This document shows, one piece after another, positions 38,421 to 50,619 of a stretch of 64,000 bases of DNA. The first letter of the stretch is position 1, and each line of letters begins with the position of its first letter. Both the position numbers and the translations under genes were made by a program. The DNA is taken from positions 2,445,111 through 2,509,110 of the forward strand of contig MU058824.1 in assembly GCA_013265495.1 (NCBI GenBank). The letters run 5' to 3'. Source of the stretch: Vicugna vicugna. Lineage: Eukaryota. Below the pieces are notes generated by a model. It did no database searches. It had not been told where the DNA came from and saw only the letters and a program-made list of their open reading frames with translations.

Positions 38421-40134
38421 CTGAGAAACATTGAATATTTATGTTTCTACTTAATTGGAGGACTCAATTTAAGATGTACAGATTGATTGTATTTGTTTTG
38501 GCTACTTTTTACAATTATGAACCTACTACAAAATTCTTAAATTTTATAGAGAAGCTTTGTTTTACAGTCTTCTTTATAGTATCCACCCTTAGGTTTAAAA
38601 TATATGTATTATAATGGGAATGCCCTTTTGAATGATTACACTGATGTGGGCAACCTTAAAACAAGAAGAGTTGATAATCAATCTGAACTTCTATCTTAGT
38701 TGAAACAGCCTTCAGTTTATATACAAACACATATTTAAGACAAAAAGGTTAATACATACAAGAAGCTATCAATCAATTATGTCTGCCAGTCATGCATTTG
38801 TAATGTTCTTCCTAAAAATAGGCCCTTTTTCATTTTCTAATTAAATATACACAATTATTTCTTTCATGAACATACACTTAAGGAAAATTTACACAACCTC
38901 GCTCCTCCTGTCCTTTCTTTTTAAGTACACCATGATGGCCCATGATACCAAAGAACTTCCTGATTTATCAAAGAAAGATTAAACAATGTTTAACATAATA
39001 TGGTTATTAGGTGAATTTTACCATAGTTTAATTATTCTTTAAATTCTTGGAATATTGTAGTTTCATGTATAATATGTATGACAACTCTAAGTGAATCTAT
39101 TAAACTAAGTAAACTACACCATCATTTCCCCAATGGGACTGTCATATCTATTCCTGTATTTTTCTTCTTTAAATCCGTAAGCACAAGTTCACAGACTCCC
39201 TCTGACCTACCTTTCTCTTGTTCTTATTCTGTTCTCCAGACACATAACTTTATAGCATTTATCACACCTTTCATTTCAGTATCCTAAATCTTTTCCTATG
39301 TGCTTGATATGTTCTCTTCAAAACTAACTCCCATGGGTTTATAACCAGTTTTTATCTGATTATATGTGAGCTTTATCTCACAGACAGAGCCAAACCCAGC
39401 TTCTCTGAGATGAAGACTCATCCCTGCTGCGAAAAAGGTACTTCTTCACAGGTCTGATTTTCATGAAAACAGCTCTGATCATTTTCTGAATTTAGCTCAG
39501 GCTTTCCTGGCATGATGCATACACATTCCAATGTCTTTCCTCATCACTAAGTGGCCTCTGTGTGTCCTCCATACCTCTGCTTACCCCTAAGTGTCATTCT
39601 CACATGTGTACTTTCCTGTGCTTCCTCGAGGAGGAAAGAGAAGAGCAGTGATACGTGACTGTGCCAGGGACTGCCTGAGACCTGAAGCCGGGCTCGTGCT
39701 TGTGCATGAGGACAAGCAGCATCCAAAGAGCTCATCTCAGTGGGCAAGAAACTGAGAATTACTTCACAACAGGTGGAATAACATGATTTAAACTGATCAA
39801 ACCCCCTGAAACAGGGCCTCTAGTGGCTGTTACTAGGGCAGTTAGGAAACCCCCCAAAAACCCCTGTAGGATGGCCAAGACATTTTTGTAATGAAATTAA
39901 ATATGCAATATATGTTACATATAATGTAACCAAAATAGTAGAAACATTACAACATTTTAATAATGATCACACTGTATAAAGACAACATTAACATGAATTT
40001 ATTATACCTTTCAAGAAACAACCTTGAGATTATAATACCTTGAGATACTTAGTATATTTTAGGATTTAACCACCCAGAAGTACAATGGTAATACACATCA
40101 AAATGGAGAGCACTTTAAAAAAAGTTCCTTTTAC

Positions 40135-40246
40135 CTGCTAGCTTACACTTTGTAGCTTGGAATGAGAGTGAACAGAACTTCGGGTTCAATTTGTATGCTT
40201 TGCTCTTTTCAACATTTTCGCTAAAACCATAGTCAACATAGCATAC
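40135..40246 (-). CDS. TDRD7: TDRD7 exon 9 (112 nt), Tudor 1
   Basis: cactag|GTA...GCA G|GTAAAA. Encodes VCYVDYGFSENVEKSKAYKLNPKFCSLSFQATKCKLA. Absent from the ORF track. Confidence 0.96.
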
Positions 40247-42379
40247 CTAGTGGTAACAGAAACAAAGTTTAGTTTCAAATAAAATTCTTTATTCTCACTT
40301 CTTAAAAATATCACTCGATGCATTTAATTGGCTCCAATTTATTCCATAATCAGCATGTGAACTGCCTGGAAAATGCCAGGAGAGGGGCCCCTGACTTAGC
40401 GCAGAAGAGGAAGGCTGGGGCTGGGATCAGGGAAGCTAGACTCCCTACTTCTGGGCACCCTCCCCCCTCCCCCATCCTCTTCTGGGCTTTTGCTAAAAAG
40501 AAGAGAGAAGACTGCTGAGCTCCAATGCCGTCTTTTGCCAGCTTCTCAGCAGCACACTATCTGGTCTGCCAGCCCTGACTGCCCCCACCCTTTCCTTAAT
40601 ACCGTGATGCCTGCATCATGTTATTCTTTCTTGATTTACACACTCCCACTAAGGATCTGTGTCCTTAGGCAGCAGTCTTTGTTTCTAAAGGAAGCATCAT
40701 GCTGTGGTATTTATCAGATTCTAGATTCCCCACAGCAGCATTTGTGATGGCCTGCTCTCAGCAGTTACACTCCCGGGGACCAAGATGCTTTCTGTCAATG
40801 ATGACAATTATGTCACGGCTGGATAACATGGAATTCTACACTGTAAAAGTAGATGCTTCTGGTTTTTTTCCAGGGCTGTGGGGTTGGGTTAGGCCTTCAT
40901 CCAGCTCAGCAAAAGGTCCCAAGCCTGCTGGGCAGAGATCTGTGTTTGCAGAAACCTACATGGCACTTCCTCACCACTGGCACAGGTTGTTGAGAGCCTG
41001 GGTATTATTTTTAGAGTATTAATAAAACTTTCAGTTGAAAAGGACCATAGAATCAAAGCCCTTTCCTTTTTGAAGAAAAACAAAATCTAGAAACATAAAG
41101 CTGTGGTTTAGAACGATAACTCAGAATCTGAAGGAAAGCATTGAAACCATAGTGTGCATTAAAACAAATGATGGTTATTACAAAAACAAAACAAATCAAC
41201 AAAAAAGCAGGGCAAAGGCATGGCAAGGGAATACCAAGGAACACAGAGTTCTACTTTCTGCAGTAAAATAAAGTCCACGGCTTCACAGTATCTAGATTAT
41301 GGTACTAAGTATACAAAACAAAAATTTCCCCATCAGAGAATCTAAGGGAAAAAAAGAACAGAGAGATGACTAATGCCCTTTCCTTGACCACCTGATAACT
41401 GGTCAGTGGGGCCTGGCGTCCCACGCTGGAAGCAGTCCGTATCGTGACTCTGGGCTCCCTGAGGCCTAGGTCGCTGGCAGGGCCCCCACCGCGCAACCAG
41501 CCATTTCTCAGTCCCAAATCACCACCTGCTCTTCCTTCCCAAAGGCCTTGGGATTCGGGCAGCTTTTGCTTCCTTTAATAGCTATCACCACCTACAACTT
41601 GGAATCTGCTCTTCCTAGGCCTACAATGGAGACACCATGGTCTGAGAATAGGACATAACATGTGAAATCACAATTCCTGGGCAGTTCAGAATGTATTCCT
41701 AGCACCAAGGGACTAGAGAATACCTGCTCTAAAATCTCAAAGGGTGTCTATAATGTTTGGAGCTTGTTTTCTGTTCTTGCTTTCTTCTTTTGACTCACGA
41801 GACCATGTATTTGTATGGCTGATGCAGTTCATGAATCATTTGCCTGTGGACTATCCAGCTGGACTCTCGCCAGCCTCCACCGTGTGTCCTTGCCCTGGGA
41901 TCAGCACAAGCTGATAATCATAATCCTGGCATTGGGCCCCAGTCCATTCCTGGTTCTCTGGCCCCCTCAAGTGGCCACAGATCTCACAGCGCCACCTGAG
42001 TAATCACCAACAGACATCCGTGGGATGCAGGCCTGGGCCAGGCCAAACTGGAGCCAACCTGAGGGGGTGACCACAAATTCCCGATTCTCATACTCACCAA
42101 GATGTGTGGAAAGCAAGGAGAGAATCAGTATTTCTGCTGTCAGGCAGAATAAAATTCAAAGAGAAACAAGACTTGCTAAGTAGCTGGGGATTCTCCAGAC
42201 AAAGGGAAAATTTAATCTGTTTCAATGGGAATATGGGGGCCAAGACCAGGCCAGGATCCCCACAACTGCTGCTATCTTCAGGACTCACTTCCGTACAAAA
42301 CACCAAGCTACCCTCTCAGTCCGAACACTGGCCCACAGCTCTCAGCAGCAGTGACACAGCCGGCCGCTTCCTCCTTGGG

Positions 42380-43220
42380 GAGACTAGCCCAGTTCTGGCT
42401 TCCTTGGCACAGTCCTCTTGGCTTTTCTCCTTCTCTGGCCATTCTTACGGCCTCCTCTGCTCCTCTCGTGCCCACCATCTAAATGCTGGAGTGTTTCAGG
42501 GCCTGGTTCCGGGTCCCCTGCTCTTCCCCATGGGTGATTCTTTCTCTAGCTGATCTGATCTAGTCCCCTGACTTCAAGTAGCACCTACATGCTGATGCCT
42601 CCCAACCTGCTCTACCTTTAGTCCCACCTTCTCCCCGAGCTCCAGGCTCGCCCATGTGAAATCTCATAGCTATTCTCAAACCTAACAGGTCCCACAAAAT
42701 TCCTGACTCTCCTATAGACTGGCTCTTCTCCCTGACTTCCCCATTTCAATAAACGGCACCTCTGTCCACCCAGCTGCTCAAGTCCCAAGCCCAGCAGTCA
42801 TCCTGAATCCTCTGTTCTTACCTTCCACATCCAGTGAATTAGTGTCCTGTCAGTTCTACCTCTGAACATATCCTGACTCCATCCTATTACCTCTGTCTCC
42901 GCTGCTGCCATCCTAGTTCAGGCTACACATTGCTGGCTACTGCAATAGGTCTTCTCTCCTTCTTTGCCCACAACAATCCATGCCCCACACAGGCACCAGA
43001 ACAACCTTTGAAGCAACTGAACCAGATCCCATCTCCCTGCTTATCCCTTTCTTCACAGTTATTTTCTATGCATCCTGGTTATTTCCTTCACTGCATGTAA
43101 ACTGGCTCATTTATTTACTGTGTATTGTTCACTATCTGTCTTTTTTCACTAGCATTTAAGCTTGAGAATAAGGACTTATCTGTCTTGTCTCCTTCCCTAG
43201 GACAGTGAAAAAAATGAATG
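42380..43220 (+). mobile_element. L2 element
   Basis: Pyrimidine-rich L2 body (aaatgctggagtg..tcagggc, ttccccatttcaataaacggcacc) ending in aatgaatga. Confidence 0.7.
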
Positions 43221-44394
43221 AGAAGTATATCAGGTATATAGTACCTGATTTTATAGGTAAGGAATCAGAGAAGTTAAATAACTTTCTCAAGGCCACACAG
43301 CTAGAAATGGCAGAGTTGAGTCTCAAACTCAGGTCTAACTGATTCCAGAGCTTAAACTCCCAAAGTAGAAGTAAAGAAGGAAGGAAGGGAGGCCCAAGTA
43401 ACTTCTGCCCTATATATCTCAGCCTGGGAGATACCCTTGAGGAGTATCTGCATTATTTATCGGAAACACTGTTGCACTGTTAACACATCACTAGGGCCTG
43501 TATATGGTTCTCTTCATAAGCAATCCCTGTGCCTTCGAATAGCTTAAGTTTTCCTGAACTTCCTAAGGGCAAGGAAATGGTTGGGAAGTAGACAGAAGTT
43601 CATCTGGGAATGTTTGGGGTAGTCAATTATCCCTTAATGACTAGAGGCCACTCAGGTTTCTCACTGAGCAGAAAGCAGTGATGGGGCCACACTGACTGCG
43701 GTCCTGATCCCCTGGACTCCCCAGGGCCTGCAGAGCTAAGGGTTCTGAAATGTGCTAACCCTGCTGGGAAACCTAGACAAAACTGTGCCTTGGTGAGCGA
43801 GTTGCAGTTCTGGGTCTCTGAGCTGAGGGAAAGAAGAGACAACGGGCAGAGGCCCATCCCCAGTAACGTGGCCAAGTCTGGAAGTGTCGGAGCCTGCTGA
43901 GGGAAGAGCCCGGTGAAAGAGCCCTGTGGCCTTTCCAAGGCGACGGAGGGGACAAGAGTTGGGGCACAGCCCAAGTCTTATTTGGGGTTCTCTTCAGCTG
44001 GCTGTGGGACTGGGAACAGAAGAGTGTCATCTCCTCTAATCTGCACTGTTTCCCTCACTCCAAAGTACTGACCTTGCTAAGAAGCCCACAGAGCTCTGAT
44101 TGGTATTTATGACACAGCTTCGGGGAATGGGAATAGAGGGTTTTTCCTGATTGCATCATAGGTGATGGTATGCCAATGGAGCTTTTTTCTTTTTTTTTTT
44201 TTAACTAAAACTCTAAGATAATATAACCACCACTGACTTAAGAGCTGACAGGGATAATCTTTTGTAGGTATTATCTTTTCAACTTCTAACGAAAACTCAA
44301 GGCAGTTAGAAAGGATACAATATTAAAAGGAACATTTTCATCTGGAAAATTATGCTTATCTTCATAAAAATTTGCTTATCTTCATAGTGCTTGC

Positions 44395-44581
44395 CTTTAT
44401 TTTGTTCTCTTCTGTTGAGATGATCTGTGCCCGTAACCAAGCATCCTCCTCAGCGTTTACAGCCAGCAACTGGCCAACTTGCACAGTCTGGACTGGTGTG
44501 ACCTTAGCGTTCTTACTGTAATACTCCTTCATCTCATCTTCCATTAACTCCTGAGCAGCAGAGTAGTCTTTGCCCACATAT
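44395..44581 (-). CDS. TDRD7: TDRD7 exon 8 (187 nt), Tudor 1; GC donor
   Basis: attcag|A TAT...AAG|GCAAGC. Encodes (R)[62 protein letters not shown]. Confidence 0.95.
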
Positions 44582-47500
44582 CTGAATTAAAGGAAGAGAA
44601 CATAAATGAAGCAACCTGGAAGACAGAAACCTACAGGAATTCATTAATGTTGTTGTTTTTCTACTGTCATCTTTGGTTTCAAACTCAGACTTGCTCACAG
44701 GGAGGAGAACATGGATTTAATAAACATTTCTGTCTTAAAAAAGGAGAATACAATATTGTGGAGCTCACAAAACACGACCAAGGTCCAACACACCACACAA
44801 CAGACCAAATGCTCAACAGCAATCCAGAGAACTAGAGGATGTAACAATAAGCAGCCAGGGAGTCTTGGGGGAGGACCAGGCCGAGAGACGACTCTAGGGA
44901 AGGGAGGAGAGGAAAAGAAAATGGAGACACCACTGGAGGCCAGAGGAGCAAGAGTCAACTTCACGTTCTGACTACCATTGCTGGAGAAGAGAAATCTAGT
45001 TGAGAGTTCTGCCCTAAGGCTGGGTCTGAACAAGTCACAAGCTCTGAAAACCAATGAAATTTTACTAGAGAAAAACAAACTCTTAAATACTATAAACACA
45101 ACTGTGTGACAGCCCATCCCTCCAGCTTACTGAACAAATTACGACAAAATGCTGAGTTCTGATACCCTTAAAGAGATGACATGCTCTAGATAAATGCCTC
45201 TTAAGTTGCATGTTTTTTAAGAAGGTTTTTTTTTCTCCCAGGATACGCTTCTACTCCCTTCTACAATCTTCTGCTGCTGACAACTGTAATCACCTTGTCC
45301 CAGTTCATGTTATCAAAACAGTCTTTTTTTCTTTCTTGGCTTTTAGTCCTCAGAGACAATTCCATCAAAAGCCTCCTTCCAGGATGGAAAACCTGGCAAA
45401 CCAAGTTTGGCTCCTATAACAGGAGCTATCTCAGCCATAGGACGAAGCCTTTTGAGTTTGAAGGCTACACTATAACAGCACCAGAATCACCTGGACAGGG
45501 AGATGAGGGATACACCACGAGAACATTGCTCATTGAATTGTTCTAGCTTTTACCCAGCGCCCAGGTGGCCCCATATAGCTTTAAGGAACTATTCCTTTAG
45601 GAGTGATTTCCTGTATTCCTGGTAACTATCAGCAGGGCAGAAGACACCATGGTCAACCTATTTGTAAGCAGAGGAAAAGAAGCTTTTAAAAATCCTACAC
45701 AAAATGGAAATAATGCCTCTTTTGGGGGAAATGGGTATTTTAAAACCAAATACAACATGCATATTATTCACTCCAGAAACAGCTGTAAAAGCTCTGTCAT
45801 ACTCCATCATTTAAGATTATGGAGCTTTATAAGTGTTAAGGCACTGCCTGGAATGCAGCTGCACTCTTGGCTGTGAGTCTCCTAGGAGATCTGCAACTCT
45901 GCCCGGGTGCCCACTTCCTGGGACCTGGAGTCTCAGGGGGTGTCCCTGCAGCACTGCTACAGTCCTGGGAGCGCCACTGGCAGAGGTCCAGGATGTAGCC
46001 TGTGGTTTGGTAGTTTGCTTAGCACGGGCTCCCGCCATGGAAAAACAACGTGGTGAGGAGCAGCATGAGATCTGCAGGCAGCTTCTGCTCTGTGCAGCAA
46101 CCAGCAGAAAACCACAGCCAGCTACACATCTTGGGTGACGGGTAGAGAGGTAATGTTCCAGTTGGTATGACAGTGGGCAATAGAAAGAATGAGCTCATAC
46201 ATTGTCCCCAAACTACCTGAGCAAGTGAGCAAAGAGTGACGTGTAGGCCACTTAAGTATGCCACAAATACAAAGTTTTACAAAGCTAATTTACTTGACCT
46301 AAGGGTCCTGCATGGCACCTCTCTGAAACTTTTATGAATCACAAGCTTAGTGTCCTGAGCCTACTGCCTGCCTGGGTAGACATGAGTGTAGAACAGGGCT
46401 CAGCCCAGCTGGGATCTAGTAGGTGTTCAGGGTGGTCTAGGGACACCAATGACCAAGGGTCAACCTAACCGCAGACATTATCCATCATGCTTGCCGGTTG
46501 CCAGCCACCCTGTTGAATATGTAGAATGCTGACTCTGGGATTCTAATTTTTACTGAAAAAAGGGTCTAGATAATCTTAGGACCCTGGACCTAATCATCCT
46601 GGAATAAACTGCAACCTCCCTGGCTGAAGCCCTGGAACTGATCCAGATTCCTGCCAACCTTTTGAGAAGAACACCAAATATCACATGACTAATCCAGTCC
46701 AGTGCTGGGTGCTTGCTCTCTGATAGTGGCACCAATGACTATTGGTAACAGGTACCAAAGGGTTCTGCCAAGGAAGCGGATTTAAATTTTCTTTATAATG
46801 CCAAGTGATGGAAGTTAGCAATGTGCTTCAACTCAATTTATTAGTGAACCATAGTGGGACACCTAATCCTCAGCAAGCCATTTCTATTTTCAGGCCAAAC
46901 CACACCTTAGAATAAAAGCTTTACACATTTACCACCCCTATATAAAATAGACTTCTCCAAAGCTTCCCCATGTTCCTCTAGTTTGAGCATCCTAAAATAC
47001 TTGATTCTTACTTCATTATCCACTCAGTCTTAGTTTGTTCAAAGAGAAGTGCTTTAATAGTTTTGCTGTATTCTTTCACTGAAGGACTGAGCCTTTTCCT
47101 GTTCTGTCCAGCCATAGTCACACCATGGGCTAGTGCCTCCAGAGATCAGCTACACTGGGTCCCATTCTTTATCCCAAGTCAGAATGGCAAATATTTCAAT
47201 ATGAATTTTCTATGTATTCTACATTTTCTCCAAAAGTCCACATCAAGTGCCTGGAGTTGGACTGTTTTTTGTCATTTCAGCTCTGAGGCTATGATTCCTT
47301 CTCCCAGGCAATGATATCAAAAGGCTCAAGAAACCAGAGGGCTCATCTGAGGCATTACAATAGGAAGGTGGTAGTTAGCTGTTGTGACTTTTAGGAAACA
47401 CTATACAGTTCCAGATTAAACAGTATTACCTACCTAGTGAGTGACCTGCTTTTTCTATGGACTGGGTATTGCTTTTGACATATATAGTTACCATTATGCT

Positions 47501-47749
47501 TTTGACATACTTTTTTTCCACATTCAGACCATATTATCATTCTAATTTTTAAAACTGAGAGAAATCTTTTCTTGTGAAAAGCTGTTTATTTTGAACATTT
47601 AATGAGTATTAAGAATGTATTATTACACCTCATTATAACTCTTAGAACCAAGAATATACCATTCTTCCTCAACCACCAGGATCTATATAAAGAACAGCCA
47701 AGTAATAATAGAGCACCAGGATCCTAAAGAATTGGAAAATAAAACTTGC

Positions 47750-48336
47750 CTGATAACTACTTCATTTGTGTTGCTCAGTTCAACCACCAACACAGATGGG
47801 GACGCCTCAGTTGGAATGATCAATGGAGGAACTGCTACGTGCTCCACAAAGGTATCAGCACTTTTGGCAACGTTTTCTTCTATCTGCAAATACTCTTGTT
47901 CAACCATAGACTTGATATCACAATTGCCATGGGCTTGTCCTGCATCCTTTGGGACTTTGTCAGTGGGCAATGGAAGTTTAGCATAAAGAATGGCCTTTTG
48001 GGGATTTCCAGAAATGTAGTCTACGGTGCACACATCAGAAAGTGAGGCAAGATTTTTCAAGGCATCCTCGGGTAATTTCACTTTGTACATGTCCTCAAAT
48101 GCCTTGGGGAGTGCACTGGCCCAAAGCCCACTTGAGTATTTTGCCAGCAGTTCCGCAACTTTCTCTTTAAAGTCTCCTGGCATAGCTGCTAGACACCCTT
48201 TGAGTGGTGGGATTTGTTTTGGAGCAGGAAGTGGGGATGGAGGCACTTTTTCAGCATTCAGTTCACTTCTTGAAAGCTGCTTTCTCTTCGCTGGATAAAG
48301 AAGTAAATCTTGACCACCACTGCAAGGTTTTTCCAC
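47750..48336 (-). CDS. TDRD7: TDRD7 exon 7 (587 nt), LOTUS 3; GC donor
   Basis: tttcag|GTG...ATC AG|GCAAGT. Encodes VEKPCSGGQDLLLYPAKRK...VVELSNTNEVVI(R). Confidence 0.95.
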
Positions 48337-49105
48337 CTGAAATTTTTAAATAAAGCAAATGACAGATATTTTAATGACTATACACAACCTGAGAACACAT
48401 TTTAAATTTGAGAGAAACACTATTTTCAAATTAATCAAGAGAACACATACGTGTATATTTTACTCTTCTCAATTACCAAGGCTTTAATACATTGCCTTCA
48501 CTTGCAAAAATCATGTGCCGCACTTCAGAAAAAAGCAGGGGAATGAAAAAGTATGATTTGAGGCATCCTGTGAAGCATCTGACCTCCAACAACCTGAGGA
48601 AATCATGGATGCCTCTGTCCTGTCCATCACACGTCTCAGCTAGCTCTCTCTGCCAAATCCAAAGCAACAGCTTACCAAATGGACAGAATATAAGGGTGGA
48701 CAGAATATAAGGGGGAACGAGACCATGAAAAGGTATCAGAGTTGCTGGGAATAAACCACTGGGAAGAAAGCTAGGAAATATTCAGGCAAAATCGAAGTGC
48801 TGTCTCTCTTCTTCTTGCAATATCCTGAGAAAATTCTCAGCTTTTCATTGTTTAGAAAGGATACTCCAGAGGTAAGGTACACTTTTTCCAACAATCACAG
48901 AAGAAAGTTAGCTAAAACTGCTGTCCCTCCAATGAACAAGACTTTAAAATGCCCAGCCTTTGTATGTCACTCAATCTCCAATTTTTTTGCATGACATTCC
49001 CAAGAGGCACGGCTTGATGGCACCTCTTTTCGTAAGAGAGGGAGGAGAGGAGACGCTGATGTATGGCACTATCTTTCCAAGCTCTGAGCCTTTCCACTTC
49101 CAGAC

Positions 49106-49446
49106 CAGGGGTCAGCACGCCACAGGCTGCAGCCTCATGCAGTCAGTGTGCTACCTGTTTTTATGTAGCCTGTGAGCTGAGAACGATTTTTATATTTTTA
49201 GATGGTTGAAAAACATCAGAATTACTTCGTGTCATGAAAATGACATGAAACTCAAGTGTACAGAAATGAAGGTTCACTGGCACCCAGGCACGCTCTCTGT
49301 AGTGTGGACAGGTGCTGTGCACTGCAGCAGCAGAGTTGGAGTCAAGGAGTTGTTCCAGACTGTGGGTGGCAGTCACATAGTTCCTGGCCTGCAAAATCTA
49401 AAATATTTGCTATCTGGTCCTCTACAAAAAGTTTCTCAACCTCTGA
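49106..49446. mobile_element. MER58-like hAT-Charlie MITE
   Basis: caggggtcagca...gcctgcaaaatctaaaatatttgctatctggtcctctacaaaaagtttctcaacctctg. Confidence 0.8.
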
Positions 49447-49704
49447 CTAGACTGAAGTTAGTATTTATAGCCCTCTGAAATGTTTCTATTTTGTCAGGTC
49501 CTATTCATCTAGTGCTTAGCTGAAATTTAAGCCCTTAGGAGGCTACTCTAGATCACTAAGTTAATAATACAAGCTTATAAGAAGTACCCCTTTGCTCAAG
49601 AAGAAAAGAATAATAAAATATTCTGGATGCGTAGCTTGTTAGTAAAGAACACTGACTTCATTTACTCATTTTCTATATAATGCTTAGGAAGAGACAACAT
49701 AGTT

Positions 49705-49913
49705 CAGTTGATCGTTGAACAACTCAGGTTTGAACTGTACGGGTCCACTTACATGCAGATTTCTTTAAATACGCACTCCAGTGCTCCATGATCCATGGCT
49801 GGTTGAATCTGTGGATGTGAAAGCGTGCATATGGAGGGCTGTAGGCTAAACAAGGGTTTCTGACTGCACAGGAAGTTGGTGCCCCAACCCCCACACTGTT
49901 GAAGGGTCAACTG
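49705..49913. mobile_element. Tigger2a-like MITE (second copy)
   Basis: TIRs cagttgatcgttgaaca / tgttgaagggtcaactg followed by TA. Homologous to 21695-21937. Confidence 0.85.
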
Positions 49914-50619
49914 TATGTATGTGTAAAGAAGGTATTTTCTTGTTATCAGAGAAAAGCTTTAATAAGTCAAAAGATTTAGCTGACTTAATACTAAGATTGA
50001 TTCCTTTTAGTCTGACTATATATTCTAGATGATAAATAAGAGGAGAATAAATGGTAATAAAAGTACAAAACGTTAGGTTTTCTTCCTCGTTTTCTTTTGC
50101 CAATGTGTGCTTAAGTTTTGGGAAAAGTCCATGCCTGAAAAACCTAAAGCATCAATCAAGGCAGAGGCAAACTAGCCCATGCTTAGCATCTTCAGGAATC
50201 CCCCGACATCACTAGTGGACTCCTGCTGACACCTTGTGACACTCTGAATAGTATTTATATGATTTTCATCGTTTGTGTCCTTAATTTTAAGCCCAGAAAC
50301 ACAAACACTTGGGACACTCATTTTGCTCCCAATGGTTAGTCCACCTCTCTAGAGACTCCTGTTTTAAAGTCTGGAATCTTAAAATACCAATCTTCAGTGT
50401 GCTTTAAGACACTCGAGATATCTGGGTATCTGGGGAAGGTTTGAGAAACATACTTTTTGAGAAAATGGAAAAATAAAATAGAATTCTATTTCTATGTGAG
50501 TTATTCACTTGTCATACAAAATCCTGGTTATTATAATTTTAGATTTAGACTTGGCAGTCCTCCATATCCAAAGTCAGCCGAACCTTCTGGGCCCTCTGAA
50601 AACCCATTTTCAGTCTTCA

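Noticed and set aside
39812..39829. CTCF-like site cagggcctctagtggctg
   Set aside because: It mismatches the core GGGGC/GGCGC positions, so a single weak motif is not supportable.
45400..46800. Possible second LTR-element internal fragment in TDRD7 intron 7
   Set aside because: The composition is suggestive, but I found no diagnostic protein or LTR motif in the part I examined.
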